Positions 57,383 through 64,000 of a DNA stretch of 64,000 nt are shown here, one piece after another. The stretch spans positions 434,001 to 498,000 of the forward strand of contig MU006095.1 of the NCBI GenBank assembly GCA_010093705.1, in the 5' to 3' direction. Source of the stretch: Patellaria atrata CBS 101060 (taxonomy: Eukaryota). Positions within the stretch are counted from its first letter, which is position 1; the number at the start of each line of letters is the position of its first letter. A program made the position numbers and the translations under genes. The notes beneath the pieces are model-generated. The model saw only the letters and a list, made by a program, of their open reading frames with translations. It was not told the DNA's origin and did not search any database.

Positions 57383-58906
57383 TTAGTCCCAGCGTCTTCG
57401 GATAATTGGTCGCGCCGGATCCCAAGGACCATGAATCTCATTTTTGTACTTCTGCAGTCCGATCAACCACCAACTGCACATTCCCATCCCAAGGCAGGTC
57501 AAAATACCACCTAATATCGTACCGGCCAAAGCAGCTTTCCAGCCGCCACCAGAAATGGTCACACCCACTCCACCAGATGCACCCATCACGAGTAGGATAG
57601 TGAGAGTCAGGTGACCTTGCCAGGATATCTGTCGTAAATGGCGACGAAAGACGGGAAAGAGTCCAAAGACTTCGATGGAGAAGAGAGTCAGTGAGAAGAC
57701 CGAAGTTGTTGAATCGAGGCGGGAGGCTAGAACTGTAGACGCCATGAGGGCGGCATTTGTTGAGACTGCGTTTGGATACCTTAAATTATTAATACCCTAG
57801 ATAGGTATAGAACATAGATCAAGAATTTAAAGAGCACTTACTTTGCAGCTCCTCCACTATAATCGAAAAATGCGACATTGATGCACATCAACCAGCAACT
57901 CATTGCCCAAATCGAGTCGCTTGTCGTAGACTTAGTCAGCGATTTAAGGATCGGACTGAGGCCAAGTAGGGCGCAGTATATCAGTATTGCCGATTTTACT
58001 GTAGCGATTCGTTGCTGATTACGTGGTGATAATGTCGAGCTTGTCTCACCATATGGTGGCAGATAACTGTAGGTTGCAAAGCTTGGTGCCCCAGTAGGAT
58101 GCCCTGTCATGACTGGAGATGCAATAGATACTGCTGATCCGAGAGATGCTACACTGGGGCTGGCGGTGAGACCTTTTCCCGATCCCATGCTCACATTAGG
58201 AATTGTAAGGCCCAGACCCTGAGTCTCTTTTAAATGAATTGCACCGGTAGAACTATCTGTCGAACTGGTGCCAGGTGTTCCCTCTCCGACATCAGTGAGA
58301 GCTGCCTCTGCCGCAACACGCCCCGCCTCTTCCTGTCCAACCCAGGAGTCCCAGAACGCCCAACCAAGAATTGTCCCAAGGCTACCCCAACTGACAACAG
58401 TGATGGGAGAGACGCGGTCTTGAACAATGCCAGTAAAGCAACATACGAAAATGGTGACGGAGCATATGTGCTGCACAATGACCGTAGAAGCTGCTACGAG
58501 AGGCCAAAATTCGTAAGGTTGGAGGCGGGGATTGCGTTGGAGATGATCAAGAAAGGTTTCTTCGTCCGTATAGTTATCGGGATCTAGAATTATCATCTTT
58601 AGTATAACAGTAATGACCCTAGACAATAGCTATTTGCTTAAAATGATGGTCTATTGTTGACTTACAAGACTGAGTTACCCAAAGGAGTTTCTTCCACGCC
58701 TTCTTTCTCCTTCGGCTTCCACTCCGACCTCGCTCTTTATCTCTCTTCCGCCTGGCTTCCGAAATTCTAGAGCCAGACCCATTGGTTGCGCTTAATGCAA
58801 GCGGGCTATGTTGCCGTCTTCGTGGTGGTGAGTTCGCATAAAAGGCATCGTCAGGTGCTAGGCGTGTAGGGTCGAGAGTTGATGAGTGATATTGAGTAAA
58901 AGGCAT
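57383..58906 (-). CDS. GPI2: GPI-GlcNAc transferase subunit Gpi2 (PIG-C)
   Basis: WKKLLWVTQS|YPDNYTDEETFL (intron 58665-58584), LSPILKSLTKSTTSDSIWA, S.NAALMASTVLASRL, FGLFPVFRR, LQKYKNEIHGPWDPARP. Confidence 0.95.
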
Positions 58907-60337
58907 CGATTACAACGTAACTCATATCTTAGGGGTCACCGTACCCCAGAGTTTCAATCAAACATCATCATCAACGCGGTGAATCGTGAGCGAGTGGAAT
59001 CCAGGTCCCGTCCCGTAATAAAAGTATCTAAGGTTGTTGAAGTGCACTGTTTTGTAAGGAAATTCATAACTTGGCACGTGCGTGAAAGGAAAACGCCCAT
59101 TTGGTATGGTCAAATTACATAAACCTATCATTTTCAGCCTTGTAAGTCCGATATGCGCACGATCGAACAAACGCTTAATTCTCTACAGCGGAGTTAAAAA
59201 TTTAGCAACTGGGGTATGTTCACTTTCATCTAAGAGAGGACAGGATGAGCGTTCTGAGGAACATGGCAGTACGCCTAGGGAAAAGCATTGGAGTGGGAAT
59301 ACAGTATCTCCAATATCGGAGTTATAGTTCACTCTAGTAAGTCAACCTGAATTTAGAACTACACAAGCAAAGTAAAATACACACCATGACTACAGTAATT
59401 GTTGGTGGATGGAGAGGGAGTGACATTTCTTGCTAATAAGTACCAGTTTACCACTGGAGCAACTCCGTCAGCATTTAAAAATACCATGTTCCTGTTCCCC
59501 AGTCTCCAAATACGGTTGAACATGGGGATGAACGGTACTGCATCAACGACGGAGTTTGCTTCGATTATGGATGGACTTGAGGACCATGAGTCAACACCGC
59601 GATAGTGTATTAGGTATTGACATGACGTTTAGGAGTACGTAGAGTAAGAATGGGAGCTGTCACAGTGTTTTCTGTCACCATCTTACGTTTGTTCTTAGTC
59701 AATTAATGCTGGTATGGTCCAGCTCGTGTTTCGAAAATATTCGTTATGACAATATTTTAAAACAGAGAAAGAACACTTTATCAATCCATCGAATTTGAAA
59801 CAGTTAGGTACGCAAACGTCTTGTCGGGTATACTGTTAATATTTATATTAATTCCGAGTAAAATGCAGGCCATGGAAAAAAAAAATAAAAAAAAAAAAAT
59901 AAGAGAACGTACGCTTTTAGCCCCCAAATCCTGCCAAAGAGCGCCAGATCTTGCCGCCGAGATCAGTCAGCTTAGTTTGATAGTTGGAAGACGTGAGGGC
60001 GAAGAGCGAGCAGCTTTTGAACTCTATCCACCTATCAAGTTGCTTAATAATTCCAAGTTGATGCGTCCATGGTATGCAATTCGGGCATAAGCGCGGCTGA
60101 AATTGATACCGGTCAAGTTTGCTATGAAGTTCTATTTCTAGTTCTAATAAGTTCTAGCGGGGGTTGGTGGATCGAAAGCTGAGCGCGTCCCGCCATTCGG
60201 ATTTTCGACTACAGTACAAATATGAATCATTATATATCTTCTGTTTTCCAAGTCTTCTCTTGTCCTGTGATACAAACTTCAATCTATCCCATTCATCATT
60301 GCTGCCTAGAATAGCTTACAGTATATATCAGCACATC

Positions 60338-62697
60338 ATGTCGCTTAAACCAGACAGTGGTCGATCGGGTCGATCAAGATCAAAATCTCCAGGTCCTTCA
60401 GGTAGATCGCGTTCACGCAGTAATGTTCGCGCTTCAGATTCAGGGAAGGATTCAAGGTACGGTTTAGTTTCTTCCGCCGAGGGTCCTTCAGGTGCGTCAG
60501 GAGGATACGGTGCGGCCTCGCCAGCATACGAAGTCAGATCACCCACACAAGCTACCCCGGGCCTCTCCAGCTTTGCCCCGCAATCAACACCACAGTACGC
60601 TACCCCAAGCTCTTTATTAGGAGGAGGACCGCAGCAAAATACAGAGACAAGAGGATCGAGTCCTGGGTCAGGTCCCGGGAACAGTAACAGTATAGCAGGA
60701 TATGCGCCTCAAGGTCAACAGAACCCGTATGGATATACAACTTCTCCACCCGGAGCAAATCAAGGCCCAGGGGGAAATATACAGTATTCACAGCCATTGC
60801 AACCACAGTACTCACAGACGCAACCATTCAACTACACAGCATCTCCTGTGGGTTCTGCTCCCCCACAGCAGCCCACGAGAGCTCCAGGACAGTATAACCA
60901 GCAAGGTGGTGGATTCCAATATGCTAGCATCCCGGATCATATACAATACACCTCAAGGCCTCAGGGATCTCAGGGCGAAGCTCCACCACAACAGCAACAT
61001 CAGACAGGTGCCCCGATGCAACCGCCTATGCAACCTCCACTGCAAAATCAATATACTCCCAGTTCACACCAGCAACCACCCGGTCCATATCAGCAGCCAC
61101 TTTCACAACCCAGCTCATACCAGCAGCCACTTTCACAGCCTGATCCGCTTGCCTATGGTGGACAGCATGCGAATATCAAGGAAATCACCCCCGGTGGTGG
61201 TAGCATGAAGCCTCCCCCATCCCCTAATATGCGTCCACATGGAGCATCTATGAGCGGTGGACGTCTAGATCTAGGGACCCTATCTCCTAATACCTTATCC
61301 CCCGGCGGTCTTGCCCCACGAATGGATCGATTGTCCGTTAGCGGCAACAGGCCTGACATGAACCAGATTATGGGTGGTGGACTTCCCCCCGGTAGTCCTC
61401 TCCTAGAAGCTTACAAGGGAACGTGGCAATCGCTCTCCCCAATGCCCTCGCCTATGATGCTCCCTAATGACGATGTCGACGATCTTCCACCGCTAGAGGG
61501 CCTTTCATCCCGAGAGGAACGTAAACGTGAGAAACGTAATAGAATACGAGACGACGTCTCGCCCGGGCCGCGTTCATCACGGAAGGAGAAGGAACGAGAA
61601 AAAGAGAAGCGTGCCAAGTTTTATGATGCAGAGGAAGATGCCCTAGCGCTCGTAGATGCGCTGGGTCATCGTACCCCTGACACTCGAGTTATCGCCAATA
61701 TCATTCCAGCTCTCTCACATGATCAACTCATGGAATTGCGGAGTGAATATAAACGCCATTGCAAGGTTCAGGGCCGTGGCATCAATATTGCTAAACACCT
61801 TAAGATGAAAACCACCGGCAACTTCGGAAAGATATGCTACGTCACCGCCCTAGGACGATGGGAGAGCGAAGGCTATTGGGCGAACTACTGGTACCAGTCG
61901 CAAGGTGCGAAACGAGAGCTGCTCATCGAAGCGTTGATGGGACGGAGCAACTACGAAATAGAGGAGATCAAGGACTCGTTCAGGGACAAGAGATACAGTG
62001 ACAACCTCATCAAGTGCATGGACAAGGAACTCAAAGCGGACAAGTTCCGCACCGCGGTCCTCATGGCTCTGGAAGAGAAGCGACAGGATGAGCGGGATGT
62101 GTATCCCGAAGAATATCGGAATCGAGATGTTCATACGCTGCACAATGCCGTCAAGTCGAGGGAAGGAGGCGAGAGCACAATGTTGCAAATAGTGATTACG
62201 AGATCGGATGCGCATTTACGGGATATCTTGAAGAGATACGAGAGAGTTTTTCAGTCGAATTTCGCCAAGGACGCATTGAGGAAGAGTAATAATCTTGTGG
62301 TATGTATACCCCCTATTCTAAATCATATTCTATCACCTGCTTACCCCGTCCCCAGGGCGAAGTCATAGCGCACATTCTTAACGGCATCATCAACAAACCC
62401 GCCCGTGACGCAATGCTTCTTTACCACGCGCTCACTGACCTCATGGATACCCCTGCTCCTACCTCATCCGGCCGGTCTTCCAGCGATAAAGTCAGCTCCG
62501 CTAAGCACGAGCGTCAGCAGAGGTACGAATTACTTATGTCCAGGTTGGTGAGATTGCATTGGGACAAGATCCACCTCATGAGGGTCAAGAATGAGTATAA
62601 AGACAAGTATCGACGCTATTTGGAGGAAGATATTGAAGATGCGACCAGAGGTGACTTTCAGGAGTTTTGTTTGGCACTTTGTGAGGTGCAGCGGTAG
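60338..62697 (+). CDS. Fungal annexin C4 (ANXC4) with long P/Q/S/G-rich N-terminus
   Basis: PP.SPLLEAY.GTWQS.SPMPSP, LR.EYK, GINIAKHLK, ALGRWESEGYWANYWYQ, RELLIE.LMGR, SNNLV|GEVIAHILNGIINKPARDA (intron ~62301-62356), LVRLHWD. Confidence 0.9.
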
Positions 62698-63012
62698 CTT
62701 GTGAACGACTAAGGCGGTTGTGTTAAGGATGAGATGGTGATATATGGGAGTGGAAGGTTCTATCCAAAGATGTGTTTCGCATATGGGCGGATGTTATTCT
62801 CATCACTTCAATCCGTTTGGTTGAGTATATGTCCTCGCTTTTCAATTAGTATTATCGGGTTTCAGCATCGCATGTTCTTATCAGTCTCTATTCAACCCCC
62901 TTCAGATTCACAGAAGATGTTGTAATTGGATGTAACACTCGTCCCATCCCCATCCATTCAACTCCAGATCCACCGAGCGTAATTCAAACCAGAGACCCAA
63001 GTACGAAACCCC

Positions 63013-63902
63013 TTACTCCCCAACCCAACCCTCTTCAGCGCCCCCAACAGCATCTGCATCCTTTTCGTCGCCACTTTCATCATACCTCTTCTCGTCCTCC
63101 TCTAGATCAACCTCCCCGTTCCAAGCACCCTCCTGCGCTTCCGGCATATCGTCCCAGCCGAGCGCGCCAATCCCAGCTTGCGGGATCCGAGCGCGGAGAG
63201 GTAAGTTAGGGGTGTTATGAGGGGGCCCGGCGGTGATGGTCTGGGCCTGATGAATTATCCTCACCACGCGCGCTTCGCTAGCGGGGAGAGCATTGGGTTT
63301 GACGCCTAGTCGTGCGGGTCCAGCATAAGCATGATATAAGCTTATGCTAAGAGGACCTTTTGGAGCAGGGCGCAGTTAGTAGAGACTCATATTGCTTCGC
63401 GGGTGGAGGTATTACCGGTATGTGTAGATTCCCTTCTACGGACAATACTCCCTTTATACCCGGGTCCGGGTCCGGGAGGTTGACAAGACTGCTTCGAAGT
63501 CTCTTGATACGATCCTCTGTTGTTATCGTAAGCTTCACTCTGGAATACATACAAAGACGCCACAGAAGTGAGAAATGTCCAGGAACGGGATATACAGTAC
63601 TCTTCCCCAGCCGACGCAATATCTCCCACAGCACGGAACGCCGCAGCATGAAACACCGCATCATACATATACCCCCCGTCGAGATAGTAGCTCACGCGAC
63701 CGGTGAGGCGTTCATGGTAGATCTCCCCCGTTGTGCCTTCGATGACGGGGCGGTAGGTGTGGCCGTTTTCGTAGAAGGGGATGCCGTTGTTGCGGAGGCT
63801 GCGGAAGCGGGGGTCGGGGTGGGATTTGTAACCTTCCCAGGGAGATGTTGGAGGTTCGTGTGTGCTTGATAAAGGGTTGGAGGGGTTAGAGTTGAGGGAC
63901 AT
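63013..63902 (-). CDS. Hypothetical protein (~275 aa), two exons
   Basis: ORF 63902-63416 joins ORF 63356-63013 in frame across intron 63415-63357 (GTAATA...ACTAAC...AAG); acidic C-terminal tail; no recognised domain. Confidence 0.55.
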
Positions 63903-64000
63903 TGGAGTGCTGGGGGGGTTAGTGGGAGGTGTGGGTTTGATGGGGTTGTGATGGAGTGTAGGAAGAAAGGGTTGTGGATGGTGGATTAAAGGGAAGTGAA

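Overview
This window is eukaryotic DNA from a filamentous ascomycete (Pezizomycotina; Dothideomycete-like is my impression, not proven). Genes have short GT-AG introns with CTRAY-type branch points. Two conserved housekeeping blocks flank the window. The first (1-17.6 kb) holds MGR2/ROMO1 (partial), SPC19, ATP18, casein kinase I, RSM22, RRP40, an acetyl-CoA transporter, a typical 2-Cys peroxiredoxin and a Tay1/Teb1-like double-Myb protein. The second (57-63 kb) holds GPI2 and annexin C4. Between them lies a ~38-kb accessory region. It carries secreted enzymes (histidine phosphatase, DUF4360-like protein, M28 aminopeptidase, BBE-like FAD oxidase, PL3 pectate lyase), a fungal AAA+ ATPase, a HET-domain protein, a CarO-like rhodopsin and a membrane-anchored seven-bladed lectin-like propeller. 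It also carries pseudogenes with RIP-like damage (a Q/P-rich kinase, ferroportin, several unidentifiable relics), a degenerate AT-rich transposon relic and an ~830-N assembly gap. The most interesting observations are: (1) a rhodopsin that keeps the retinal Lys and the counter-ion Asp but has Asn at the proton-donor position (natural DTN, equivalent to bacteriorhodopsin D96N); (2) the type II membrane lectin-like propeller with a low-complexity cytosolic tail, near a HET gene; (3) a family of mutually similar TATA/pyrimidine-tract modules at 50-54 kb with no downstream ORF; (4) dense GTAC/CTGTACAG clusters in several intergenic regions. All calls come from manual reading and recalled family motifs; no searches were run, so exon boundaries are best estimates.
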